DNA of 64,000 bases. Origin: an uncultured Chloroflexia bacterium. GTDB taxonomy: Bacteria > Chloroflexota > Limnocylindria > Limnocylindrales > CSP1-4. The notes beneath the pieces were generated by a model that saw only the letters and a list, made by a program, of their open reading frames with translations, searched no databases and was not told where the DNA came from. Position numbers and translations under genes: made by a program. This document shows positions 1-9,089 of this stretch, piece by piece; position 1 is the first letter of the stretch, and every line of letters starts with the position of its first letter. The stretch covers positions 353,599 through 417,598 of the forward strand of contig CAVYGH010000011.1 in NCBI GenBank assembly GCA_963767945.1, in the 5' to 3' direction.

Positions 1-299
1 AACCACAGGCCGCCGCGCCACGCGCTGACGATGCCGGCGAGCAGCAGCCCGACCGTCACCTCCAGCACGAGGGTCGCCGCGATGTAGATGAGGACGTGGA
101 CGAACGAGCCGCGGAACACGGCGTCGCCCGCCGCTCGGGTGTAGTTGTCCAGGCCGACGAAGGTCATCGGCCCGAACCCGTTCCAGTCGGTGAAGCTGTA
201 GCCCACGGTCAGCACCATCGGCAACAGCACGGCGAAGCCGAACAGCACGGCCGCGGGCGCGACGAACAGGTAGGGGCTGAAGCGGCTGCTGGGCGTCAC
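1..299 (-). CDS. Carbohydrate ABC transporter permease (MalF/UgpA-like), N-terminal part; gene runs off the window start
   Basis: Not in the ORF track because it is open at the window edge. Manual minus-strand translation from GTG 299 gives VTPSSRFSPYLFVAPAAVLFGFAVLLPMVLTVGYSFTDWNGF...VLIYIAATLVLEVTVGLLLA. This is a typical first TM and loop of a sugar ABC permease. It lies directly downstream of the binding-protein gene. Confidence 0.7.
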   Translation of the reverse strand, partial: MTPSSRFSPYLFVAPAAVLFGFAVLLPMVLTVGYSFTDWNGFGPMTFVGLDNYTRAAGDAVFRGSFVHVLIYIAATLVLEVTVGLLLAGIVSAWRGGLW

Positions 300-397
300 G
301 TCAGCCGGACGATGAGCGGGCCCGCGGGAGGCGTGGCGGCCGGACGCCCGCGGTCACGCAGGGCGGCCGGCCGCTTCGGAGCCTCGTCGCGTGCCTC

Positions 398-1664
398 CTA
401 GCGGCCGAGCTTGGTGTCGATCCCGGCCAACGCCTCCTTCGGCGTCGCCTGGCCGCCGAGCACCGCGGCGATCGCCGAGTACAGGGCATCGGCCATCTCC
501 AGGTTGTATCCGGTGTCAGGCGGCAGGACCGTGGCCGGGGCGGTGTTGAGCAGGTCGTTCAGCTCCGCGGACCGGGTGTCGATGTCCTGGCCGGCGGAGG
601 CCGACTTCGCCAGCGGGGTCACCTCGGCCTCGATCAGCTTCTGGACGTTGGCGTCGCTGTTGAGCAGGGCGAGGAAGTCGATCGCCTCGGGGATCTTCGG
701 CGCTCTTGGCGTTGACCACGTAGCCCGTCTCGACGCCGATGACGCTGCCCTGGTCGCCGGTGCCGGCCGGCATCGCGGGCAGGTTGACGTAGTCGAACTG
801 GAGGTCGGGCGCCTCGTCGATCGCCCAGCTCACCAGCCACGACCCGATCGGGTGCATGGCGGCCTTGCCCTGGAAGAACAGCTGCGCGCCGGCGTTGTCG
901 TCGATCGCGTTGGCGCTGTCGTTGACGCACTTGTGGTCGGCCAGCTCGGCGATGTAGCCGAAGGCCTTCTCCCACTCCGGGGTGTCGAACTTGCCCGTGC
1001 CGCCGAGGGTCTTCGCGTAGGCCTCCTCGCCGACGACGCGCGAGCTCATGTGGGCGAGCCAGTTGCCCGCGGGCCACAGATCCTTGTTGCCGGACGCGAT
1101 CGGCGTGATGCCCTTCGCGTTCAGCGCGTCGCACGCCGCGAGCAGCTCCTCCCAAGTCGTGGGCGGCTGGACGCCCGCCTCCTCGAGCAGCTGGGTGTTG
1201 TACCAGAGGACGTTGGTGACATCGGCCGAATAGGGGACCATCACCTTCTTGCCGTCGATGGTCGCCTGGCCGAAGACCGCGTCGTCGAACAGCCCCTTGA
1301 GGGGCCCGGAGGCGACGGCCTCGTTGAGGTCGGCCGCGAACCCGTCCGCGTTGCGCTGCCGGAGGCGCTCGCCGGTCCACTCGAAGTAGATGTCCGGCGC
1401 GTTGCGGCCGTTGAGCAGCTGCGGCAGCCCGATGGTCTGGTAGAGGTCGTCGTCCATGTAGTTCATCTCGGTCTTGGTGCCGGGATGCGCGGCCTCGAAC
1501 TGCTTCGCGACGTCGTCCCAGACGCGAATCTGGGCCTCGCCGGGCGAGCCCATCGCGACCCGCAGGACATGGTCGTTGGACGGGGTGCTGCTGCCGCTGC
1601 AGCCGGCGACCGCGATGATCGCGGCGGTGGCGAGGGCGGCGAGCCCCCGGGTGTGGCTGGTCAT
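398..1664 (-). CDS. ABC transporter substrate-binding lipoprotein (sugar/oligosaccharide family); one frame break near 700
   Basis: Starts MTSHTRGLAALATAAIIAVAGCSGS (lipobox) with AGGAGG 5 nt upstream of ATG 1664. The body lies in the 516..3689 frame up to ...GYVVNAKSA. It continues in ORF 398..622 (..IPEAIDFLALLNSDANVQKLIEAEVTPLAKSASAGQ..). An extra g near 699 accounts for the shift. Confidence 0.8.
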
Positions 1665-3032
1665 GTGCCTCCTCCTGGTTCCTCGAGCGTGAGCGCTCCT
1701 GGCGGGACGTGGGTATCGGTGAGATCGGCGAGGGTCATGTCGAGGGCATCCCCGAAGACCCGGACGCGGCGGCGGCGGAGCTCCACGAGATACGGCCGGA
1801 GCTCGGCCTTCGCGTCGCGTTCCAGGCGGCCCTCCGCGGCGAGCGCCGCGACGCGGCCGATGGCCTGGGCGCCCGTGTCGAAGGCCTCGATCCACGGCCG
1901 GCACTCGGCGATCAGCGCGGGGTTCTGGACCGGCCCCCGAAGCAGGTGGTCCGCCGCGGCCTGGAGCTCGTTCGCGAGATCGGCCAGGTCCACCGCGGCC
2001 AGCACCCCGTTGCCGTGCTCGACCTCGAACGCGAACGCCTCGAGCGCTCGCGTCACCACGGGCGCGTCCTCGACCGCGAGGCACGACGACCGCACGTTGT
2101 CCGCGAAGACCGCGAAGGCCTGGTGATCCGTCCTCGCCGGCGACGTCCCGGATCGCCCGCCGCCAGCTCTTCTCCGGGTCGTACGACTCGGGCGCGACGA
2201 GGTAGTCGGCGATGGTCGCGAACGGGATCTTCGACGCCTCGTACAGCTCCATCCCGTTGGCGACGACGCCGAACGCGTGCCGGAACAGGTGCGGGTCCCG
2301 CCCGCGGTAGGGCCCGACGTGGAGCTCGAAGCCCATGGCGACGTCGTTGACCGGGTAGTTGTCCCAGTAGGTGGCTGGCCGCCGGGCGGTCCGCTCGAAT
2401 ACGGCCGCGTCATCGGCGTCGAGCGTCGGCGAACAGATCGCGCGCCCCGTCCAGAACAGGTCGATCCCGGGCTCGAGCCCCGAGCCCAGCGTCTGCAGGT
2501 ACATCTCCCGGCCGTTGCCCCAGTAGACCGTGGGGCACACGACGAGGCGGGACCGGGAGCCCAGGCGCTCCGCGACGCGGTTGGCGACCGCGACGTGGGC
2601 GTCCGCGAGGCCCTCGAACGCCTCCCGGTCCTCCGGGTGCTGGAGCTCCGTCGGGATGTCGTCGAACAGCAGCCCGAACGCGCTCACACCGAGCGCGGCC
2701 ACGCTCGCGAGCTTGCTCGCGAGCGCCTCGAGGTCCCCCTCGTCCGAGTAGCGCATCGAGAGGCCCGGCGAGACGCAGAACACGAAGTCCACGCCGCAGG
2801 CGCGCGACACGTTGACCAGCTCGGCCAGGCGCCGGAGCTCGGTGCCCGCGTACGGGGCGCGCCACGCGCGCCGGATCAGCGGATCGTCCTTGGGCGTGTA
2901 GACGAACGTGTTCATCCCGCGCGAGGCGATGAAGCGGATCATCTCGAGGCGCTGCTCATGGGTCCACGGGTTGCCGTAGAACCCCTCGAGCACGCCGCGA
3001 ACGGCGAACGGGGACGGCGCGTTCCGGCTCAC
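1661..3032 (-). CDS. GH84 beta-N-acetylglucosaminidase (O-GlcNAcase/NagJ-like); one frame break near 2130
   Basis: Contains VLEGFYGNPWTHEQRLEMIRFIASRGMNTFVYTPKDDPLIRRAWRAPY and LLFDDIP (the catalytic DD pair of GH84). The C-terminal helical part continues in ORF 1661..2413. GTG 3032 overlaps the stop of the upstream SIS gene (GTGA). Confidence 0.8.
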
Positions 3033-3769
3033 GTGGCCGCCGTCCGGCCGAGGAGCGCGGCGTTCAGCGCGTCGCCGCCCTCGACGTTGCTGCTGGCGAA
3101 GACCTCCGGCGTCGTGCCGCGCGCGACGAGGATCCCGACTGCCTCGGCCTCGATCGCGTTGACGATCGCCGCCCCGACCACCGTCGACGTCGGCGCGACG
3201 CGCCCGCCGAGCCCGGCGATCTCGACCGCGGCGTCGCCCACGCAGCCGCCGTTGTCGATGACGACGTCGGCGACCTCGTGGAGCCGCGGCGCGGTGGTCG
3301 CTCGGGCGGCGGTCGAGGTCGCATGCGTCAGGCTGGTCAGCGCGATCACCCGCGCGCCGACGCCGCGGGCGAGCGCGGCGAGCTCGGAGGTCACCGCGTT
3401 GCTGCCGGAGTTCGAGGCGACGATCAGCACGTCTCCGGCGGCGATGGGATGGTCCTCCAGGAGGGCGGCGGCGAGGCCCGGCATCCGCTCGAGCGCCGTG
3501 CTGAGCGGGGCGCTCGCGTGGAGCATCAGGCCCTCGAACAGGATCGGGCGCACGTGGACCAGGCCGCCGGCCCGGTAGTACAGCTCCTCCGCCAGCATAT
3601 GCGAGTGCCCGGAGCCGAAGGCATGCACGACGCCACCGGCGGCCAGCGTGTCGGCGACCAGCTCCGCGGCGGCGCGGATGTTCGGCCACTCCGCGTCGAG
3701 CAGGCGGGCGACGAGGTCGCCGGCGATCTCGAGGTAGCGGCGGCCGGGCGAGGCCGTCGTGTCCGTCAT
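3029..3769 (-). CDS. SIS (sugar isomerase) domain protein, UPF0309-like
   Basis: Intact 246-aa ORF with motifs HAFGSGHSHMLAEE and VASNSGSNAVTSELA, typical of SIS phosphosugar-binding proteins. Confidence 0.8.
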   Translation of the reverse strand: MTDTTASPGRRYLEIAGDLVARLLDAEWPNIRAAAELVADTLAAGGVVHAFGSGHSHMLAEELYYRAGGLVHVRPILFEGLMLHASAPLSTALERMPGLAAALLEDHPIAAGDVLIVASNSGSNAVTSELAALARGVGARVIALTSLTHATSTAARATTAPRLHEVADVVIDNGGCVGDAAVEIAGLGGRVAPTSTVVGAAIVNAIEAEAVGILVARGTTPEVFASSNVEGGDALNAALLGRTAAT

Positions 3770-4709
3770 GCCGTCACTCCCGATCGTGGCGCCACGACCA
3801 CGGTGACGAGCGGGGCGTACGGCCCGGGGACGTCGTCCAGGCCCAGGCGCAGGGCCCCTTCGAGCGGCGACGCGTCGGCGATCCGCACGGCAGGCGCCCG
3901 TTCCGTCGCGCCGAGCCGCGCCTCGAGGCCCGTCCGCAACGGCGTCGGCTCCAGCAGCAGGCGACCGCCGAGGGCCACCGGCACGGCGGCCGCTCCCCCG
4001 CCGCCCACGCGACGCCGGCGGTCACCGTGGTCGCGAGCTCGTGCGCGGCCTCGTCGACGATCTCCCGGGCGACCTCGTCGCCGCGGCCCGCGGCCTCGAG
4101 CACGTCGGGTGCGAAGGCGGCGATCTCGGGGACCGGTCGCGGTGCGTCGTGGACGCGCACGTGGAGGTCGTCGAGGTCGCCGAAACGGCGCCGCGCCGCG
4201 GCCGCGAGGCCGGTGTCGGGGCCACGACCCTCGCGCGCCCGGAGCACCGCGGACAGGCCACGGCGGCCGAGCCAGAAGCCGCCGCCCTCGTCGCCCAGCA
4301 GGAACCCGTGCCCGCCGAGGATCCGCGGCTCCCCGCCGTCCGGCAGCGCGAGGCAGGCCACGCCGGTCCCGGCGACGAGGCTCACCCCCCAGCCGCCGGA
4401 CAGGGCCCCCGCGTGTGCGGTCACCGCGTCGTCCGCGACCCACACCTCGCGCGCGCCGGTCGTCGCCGCGACGAGGACACCCAGGCGCTCCGCCTCCGTC
4501 CGCTCCGACGGGGCGGTCGTGAGGCCGAGGACCACGCGATCGGGCGTGTCGAAGGCCCCCTGCGCCCAGGCGCGCGCCACGCCGTCCGCGAGCTGGGCGA
4601 CCGTGTCGCCCTCGAGGCGCCCCACGCCCTCGACCTCGACCGTCCGCGGGTCGTCCGAGCCACGCAGCCGGATGCCCGACTGGCCACCGTCCACCGCGAG
4701 CACGCGCAT
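3766..4709 (-). CDS. N-acetylglucosamine kinase-like ATPase (BadF/BadG/BcrA/BcrD family); frame break near 4010
   Basis: Starts MRVLAVDGGQSGIRL and contains LVAGTGVACL and GGHGFLLGDEGGGFWLG (ASKHA-fold kinase motifs). The C-terminus continues in ORF 3766..4443 (..VPVALGGRLLLEPTPLRTGLEARLG..). ATG 4709 overlaps the gntR stop (ATGA). Confidence 0.75.
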
Positions 4710-5452
4710 CAGCCGGCCCGCCGGTCGGTGAGCGACGAGAACTCGGCGCCGGACACGTTCGCGCTCAGCTGGTAGCGGTCGCCCCGGTAGACGCAGTCGG
4801 CGGCCATCACGACCCGGCCCCGCGTGTCCGAGTCGACCATGCGCAGCCGCAGGCAGGCCTGGTCGTCGGGGATCGCCAGCTGGGCTCGGATCTCGGGGTC
4901 GGGCAGCACGGGCTCGATGGTGACGCTCGCGGCGCCCGTGACGATGCCGTAGCGACGGGCGAGGAGCGCGTACAGCGAGCCGTCGAGGTCGCCGGGCTCC
5001 AGACCCGGCACGAGCGAGGCGGGGATCCACACCGACTCGACGGCCATCGGCTCGCCGCTCCCGAGCCGGACCCGGGTGAAGCCGACCACGCGCTCGCCGG
5101 CGGGGACGTGCAGCCGCGACGCGAGGCCCGGATCTGCGGATGACACGCCGAAGGCGACCAGGCGGCTGGCGGGCACGAGGCCGCGCTCGTGCATGTCCTG
5201 CGTGAACGAGGTCAGGCCGAGGAACCGGAGCGGCGTCCTCGGCAGGACGAACGTCCCCGAGCCGCGGCGCCGCTCGACGAGCCCCTCGGCGACCAGCGCA
5301 TCCATGGCGTGCCTGACGGTCATCCGCGCGACCCCCCACCGGAGGCTGAGCTCGCGCTCGCTGGGCAGGCGATCGCCCGGCGCCGACACCGCGATGAGCT
5401 CGCGCAGGCGGGCCCGCAGGGCATGGCGCGTCGAGTCGTCCAGCTCCGTCAT
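4709..5452 (-). CDS. GntR/HutC-family transcriptional regulator (DasR/NagR-like, UTRA effector domain)
   Basis: Intact 247-aa ORF. The N-terminal wHTH reads LPSERELSLRWGVARMTVRHAMDALVAEGLVERRRGSGTFV, followed by a UTRA-like C-terminal domain. It is the first gene of the GlcNAc-type operon. Confidence 0.85.
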   Translation of the reverse strand: MTELDDSTRHALRARLRELIAVSAPGDRLPSERELSLRWGVARMTVRHAMDALVAEGLVERRRGSGTFVLPRTPLRFLGLTSFTQDMHERGLVPASRLVAFGVSSADPGLASRLHVPAGERVVGFTRVRLGSGEPMAVESVWIPASLVPGLEPGDLDGSLYALLARRYGIVTGAASVTIEPVLPDPEIRAQLAIPDDQACLRLRMVDSDTRGRVVMAADCVYRGDRYQLSANVSGAEFSSLTDRRAG

Positions 5453-5491
5453 CGCCGGGGAGTCTAGGGCGCGGCGGGCGCGCTGGCAAAC

Positions 5492-5622
5492 CGTCGGCTA
5501 GACCACTTCGGCGCCACCGCCACCCGCCGGCGGAGACCACTCCGACGCCCGCCCGGATCGAGCAGGCCGCATGCAGCGTAGACCACATCGATCGGTCAAC
5601 CCTGCACCGCTTGTAGACCAGT
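5492..5622. promoter_or_regulatory. Cluster of four dre-like (DasR-type) operator half/whole sites in the gntR / GNAT divergent promoter
   Basis: Four sites are visible: CGTCGGCTAGACCACT (5492-5507), GGAGACCACT (5532-5541), GTAGACCACA (5578-5587) and TTGTAGACCAGT (5611-5622). A weaker GGAGTCTAGGGC lies near 5458. All share the TAGACCA core of the published dre consensus ACTGGTCTAGACCACT. Confidence 0.5.
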
Positions 5623-5648
5623 CGAAGGACGCGCTAGCCTGTGGCGCG

Positions 5649-6242
5649 ATGCTCGAGATCCGCCCGGCGACCGTCCACGACCTGCCGGGCGCCTACCGCG
5701 TCTGCCTGGCGACCGCCGCCGCCGGCGGCGATGCGTCCGCCGAGTACCGGAACCCGGACCTTCTCGGGCACGTGTTCGTCGGCCCGTACATCGTCGGCGC
5801 CCCGGAGCACGCCCGGATCGTCGCCGACGAGGCCGGGGTCGCCGGGTACCTGTTCGGGGCGACGGACACGCGGGCGTTCGCGCGGTGGGCCGAGGCCGAG
5901 TGGTGGCCGCCGCTGCGGCGCCAGTACCCCGAGCTCGCCGAGACGTCGCCGGACGCCGAGGCCATCGGGCTGATCCACCGGCCGCCGGTGGCGCCCGACG
6001 CGGTGATCGACGACTACCCGAGCCACCTGCACATCGACCTGCTCGACCGCGCCCGGGGACGGGGGCTCGGGCGAACGCTCGTCGAGGGCCTTGCCGACGA
6101 CCTGCGGGCACGTGGCTCGCGCGGCGTGCACCTGGAGGTCGGGACGGCCAACGACAATGCGATCGCGTTCTACCGGCACCTGGGCTTCGAGCCGGTGCTG
6201 CCGCTCGAGGGGTCGCTGCTGATGGGGCTGCGGCTCGACTGA
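5649..6242 (+). CDS. GNAT-family N-acetyltransferase
   Basis: MLEIRPATVHDLPGAYRVC... then HIDLLDRARGRGLGRTLVEGL...NDNAIAFYRHLGF (acetyl-CoA binding motif A region). The start at ATG 5649 is chosen over the upstream ORF start at 5571. Confidence 0.75.
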   Translation: MLEIRPATVHDLPGAYRVCLATAAAGGDASAEYRNPDLLGHVFVGPYIVGAPEHARIVADEAGVAGYLFGATDTRAFARWAEAEWWPPLRRQYPELAETSPDAEAIGLIHRPPVAPDAVIDDYPSHLHIDLLDRARGRGLGRTLVEGLADDLRARGSRGVHLEVGTANDNAIAFYRHLGFEPVLPLEGSLLMGLRLD

Positions 6243-6264
6243 CGCCGAGCCGGCCCGTCCGGCG

Positions 6265-7152
6265 CTACTTCTTGCGGGTCGTCCCGCTCGCGGAGCGGCC
6301 CTTCGCCGCCGGCTTCGCCGCGGCCTTGGACGACCGCTTGGCCGGGGCCTTCGCCGACGTCTTCGAGGTCGTTCGCTTGCGCGTCGCCGCGCCGGCCTCG
6401 AGCCCTTCGGCCGCCCCGACCTCTTCGGCGCCCTGTGTCGCCATCACCATCCCGGCGCCGGCGAGCTGGCGTGTGGCGCGGGCCCCCGCCTGCGCGGCGG
6501 ACAGCTCGGCGACGCCGCTCGCCGCGGCATCCATGCCCGAGGACACGGCATCGTCGCGCGCGTCGAGGAGCTCGTCGGCCGCCTCGAGCTCCGAGATGCC
6601 CTCGGCGATCTCCGACAGGCCGATGGCCGCGAGGCGACCGCTCAGCGAGTCCATGCCCTCCGACAGCGCGGCCGCCGCCATCGCCCGCCCGATCTCGTTG
6701 ACCGCGAGCCCGCGGAGCTGGCGCCCCTTCGCCGTGAGGAACGACGACAGGACCGGCATCCGCATGAGCGCGACGACGTTGCTCGCGACGTCCAGCTGGC
6801 CCGACAGGGACGCGAGGAACATCCCCCGATCGAGGTTGTCCGCGCTCACGGCGGCCACGAGCGCGCTGAGGTCGGCCGTCTCCTCGGCCGCCTCGAGGGT
6901 CGCCGCGCCGCGCACGGTGTCGGCGACCGCCTCGTCGGCCGCGAGGTCGCTGAGCGCCTCGAGCGACTGCGCGCGGTCGAGCTGGTCCAGCCCGCTGGTG
7001 ACGTCCGCGGCGCCCTCGGCGGCCAGCGCGACGGTCTCGCGCGCCGCCTCTCCCGCGGCGTCGATCAGCTCGGCCCCGGCCGCGAGGTCCTCGACCCCGG
7101 CCTCCAGCGCAGCCCCGGCAACGGCTGCCGTGTCGGTCTTCCCCTTCGCCAT
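6265..7152 (-). CDS. Hypothetical Ala/Glu/Asp-rich protein with a Lys/Ala/Ser-rich basic C-terminal tail
   Basis: MAKGKTDTAAVAGAALEAGVEDLAAG... ends with TRKRTTSKTSAKAPAKRSSKAAAKPAAKGRSASGTTRKK. GGAAGGGGA lies upstream of ATG 7152. I recognised no family. Confidence 0.55.
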   Translation of the reverse strand: MAKGKTDTAAVAGAALEAGVEDLAAGAELIDAAGEAARETVALAAEGAADVTSGLDQLDRAQSLEALSDLAADEAVADTVRGAATLEAAEETADLSALVAAVSADNLDRGMFLASLSGQLDVASNVVALMRMPVLSSFLTAKGRQLRGLAVNEIGRAMAAAALSEGMDSLSGRLAAIGLSEIAEGISELEAADELLDARDDAVSSGMDAAASGVAELSAAQAGARATRQLAGAGMVMATQGAEEVGAAEGLEAGAATRKRTTSKTSAKAPAKRSSKAAAKPAAKGRSASGTTRKK

Positions 7153-7289
7153 CGAAAGTCCCCTTCCCTGATGTTCCCGGCCATCGTCGCGCGCGACCGT
7201 CGCTCGTTGGATCGCCAACTATGCGTGATATCGGTCGATCCACGCGAGCCCGGACCGCGACGCGGGCGTACGGCGGGCATCGCCGCGGG

Positions 7290-8303
7290 TCAGCGACGGG
7301 GGTCGACGTGCACCTTCGGACCGTCACCCCAGGCCGGATCCCGGTTGCCCGCCAGGACGCCCGCGACCTCGTCGAGCCCGACGACGGCGGCGACCAGCGG
7401 CGCCGGATCGACGCCGCCCGACGCGTACAGGTCGAGGGCGCCGTCGAGGCCGGGCGAGCCGCTCAGGATGCCGACGACCGTGACGTCCTTGAGCACGACG
7501 CGCCGGCTGTCGACGGGACTGGGCTGTCCGGAGAGGCCGATCCAGACGACCCGCCCGCCGGGCTCGACGAGGTCGATCGCGAGCGCCGGCAGCTCGACCG
7601 CGTTGGACGCGTCCACGACGCCGTCGAACGTGCCCGCCGGCAGCGCATCGGGGCGCCACACGTGCTCGAACCCGAGCGACCGCGTGAACCGCACCGTCCC
7701 CTCGCGCCGCGCCACCAGGTGGACCTCCGCGCCGCGGGCGCGCGCCATCAGGGCCACCAGGAGCCCGATCGCGCCGGCGCCCAGCACCAGCAGCCGGCCG
7801 CCCGCGGCGACGCCGGCCGCGTCGACCGCCCGCCACGCGTTGCCACCCGGCTCCACCAGGGCGCCGCTCGCGTCGTCCACCCGGTCCGGCAGCCCGTGCA
7901 GCGAGCTGGCGGGGACCGCGAGCTGCTCGGCCAGGGCGCCGGCCCATCCGTGTCGGATTCCGACCTCGTAGCGATCCGCGCACAGGTGCTGCCGGCCGCT
8001 CCGACAGCGCCGGCAACGGCCGCAGCCGAGCATCGTGTCGCCCATCACCCGGCGCCCGAGCCACGCCTCGTCGACCCCGGCCCCCACCGAGCGCACGGTG
8101 CCGCACCACTCGTGCCCGATCCGCAGCGGGTAGACCGCGTCCCCGGTCTGCAGGTACGTCATCTCGCCCGTGAACAGCTCGACGTCCGTGCCGCAGACGC
8201 CGACCCGCTCCACGTCGACGACGACCTGGCCCTCCGCCGCGACCGGCGCGTCGACCTCGTGGACGCCACCGATCCGCGGGCCCTCGATCACGAAGGCCCT
8301 CAC
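7290..8303 (-). CDS. Zinc-binding medium-chain alcohol/polyol dehydrogenase
   Basis: Intact 337 aa with GVCGTDVELFTG, PLRIGHEWCG, CGRCRRCRSGRQHLC (structural Zn site) and the Rossmann motif LVLGAGAIGL. Confidence 0.85.
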   Translation of the reverse strand: MRAFVIEGPRIGGVHEVDAPVAAEGQVVVDVERVGVCGTDVELFTGEMTYLQTGDAVYPLRIGHEWCGTVRSVGAGVDEAWLGRRVMGDTMLGCGRCRRCRSGRQHLCADRYEVGIRHGWAGALAEQLAVPASSLHGLPDRVDDASGALVEPGGNAWRAVDAAGVAAGGRLLVLGAGAIGLLVALMARARGAEVHLVARREGTVRFTRSLGFEHVWRPDALPAGTFDGVVDASNAVELPALAIDLVEPGGRVVWIGLSGQPSPVDSRRVVLKDVTVVGILSGSPGLDGALDLYASGGVDPAPLVAAVVGLDEVAGVLAGNRDPAWGDGPKVHVDPRR

Positions 8304-8574
8304 GGGCGTCCGGCCCCGCGCATGACCGGGGCGCCGCGATCGGTCATGGACGGCAGTGTAGGCACCGCTCGTGTGCCCGGCCCGCGCCGGCGACTCCCGT
8401 TCCGCCCCTTTACGCGTGTAGTACCCTGTGCGCGTCGATCCGGTGGGAGCCGGACCTCTCTACGGGAGCGGACATCGAGCGACAGCCCACGCACGTGACC
8501 GGCCCCGGCGGCGCGCCGGTCGATCCGCGTGAGCCCCTGCCGCCCCGCTTCGAGAGAGGGAGAGCACACCCGGG

Positions 8575-8976
8575 ATGAAGAATCCGCCCGTCCTGATCGC
8601 GGTCCTTGGCTTCTTCGGCCTCATGACCGCGTTCTACTACATCTTCGCCGGCCTCCGGATCATCGGATTCGACTGGTTCGGCGCCTTCGCCGACGCACCC
8701 GCCACCCAGGGCTACTGGTTCTGGGGCGCGCTGTGGGTGATCGTCGGAATCGCGTTCGCCGCGATCTCGATCGCGCTGTGGTCCCTGCAGCCGTGGGCGT
8801 GGGCGGCGGCCGTGATCCTGTCGATCGTCGGTCTCGTGACCGCGTTCTTCGTCATGTTCGACTCGGGCCTCGCCGCCGGCCTCGGTGCCGCGCTGTTGCC
8901 CGCGATCATCCTCTGGTACCTCTACACGAACGAGGTTCGTTCGCAATTCGGTGTCAATCCGGCCGACGCCGCCTGA
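8575..8976 (+). CDS. Small integral membrane protein (4 predicted TM helices)
   Basis: Intact 133 aa and strongly hydrophobic (VLIAVLGFFGLMTAFYYIFAGL.., WFWGALWVIVGIAFAAISIAL.., AAAVILSIVGLVTAFFVMF..). GGGAGAG lies upstream of the ATG. Confidence 0.6.
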   Translation: MKNPPVLIAVLGFFGLMTAFYYIFAGLRIIGFDWFGAFADAPATQGYWFWGALWVIVGIAFAAISIALWSLQPWAWAAAVILSIVGLVTAFFVMFDSGLAAGLGAALLPAIILWYLYTNEVRSQFGVNPADAA

Positions 8977-8996
8977 CGGCTCGCGCGGCAACAACA

Positions 8997-9031
8997 AACC
9001 GGGCTCCTGGCCTTGCGGCGGGAGCCCGGTT
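8997..9031. terminator. Hairpin between convergent genes (candidate bidirectional terminator)
   Basis: AACCGGGCTCC ...13 nt... GGAGCCCGGTT, an 11-bp perfect stem. It lies between the 8976 stop (+) and the 9090 stop (-). There is no strong U tract. Confidence 0.45.
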
Positions 9032-9089
9032 CGCGTGATGGGGATCCGTCGGTGGGCGCGGGGTCGACCGACGGGAGCTGGGATCGGGG

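Noticed and set aside
516-3689. 1057-aa ORF on the minus strand.
   Set aside because: It is a read-through artefact of stop-poor high-GC sequence. Its real-looking parts belong to two separate genes (the ABC binding protein and GH84). The remainder is Arg/Gly/Pro-rich off-frame translation over the SIS gene.
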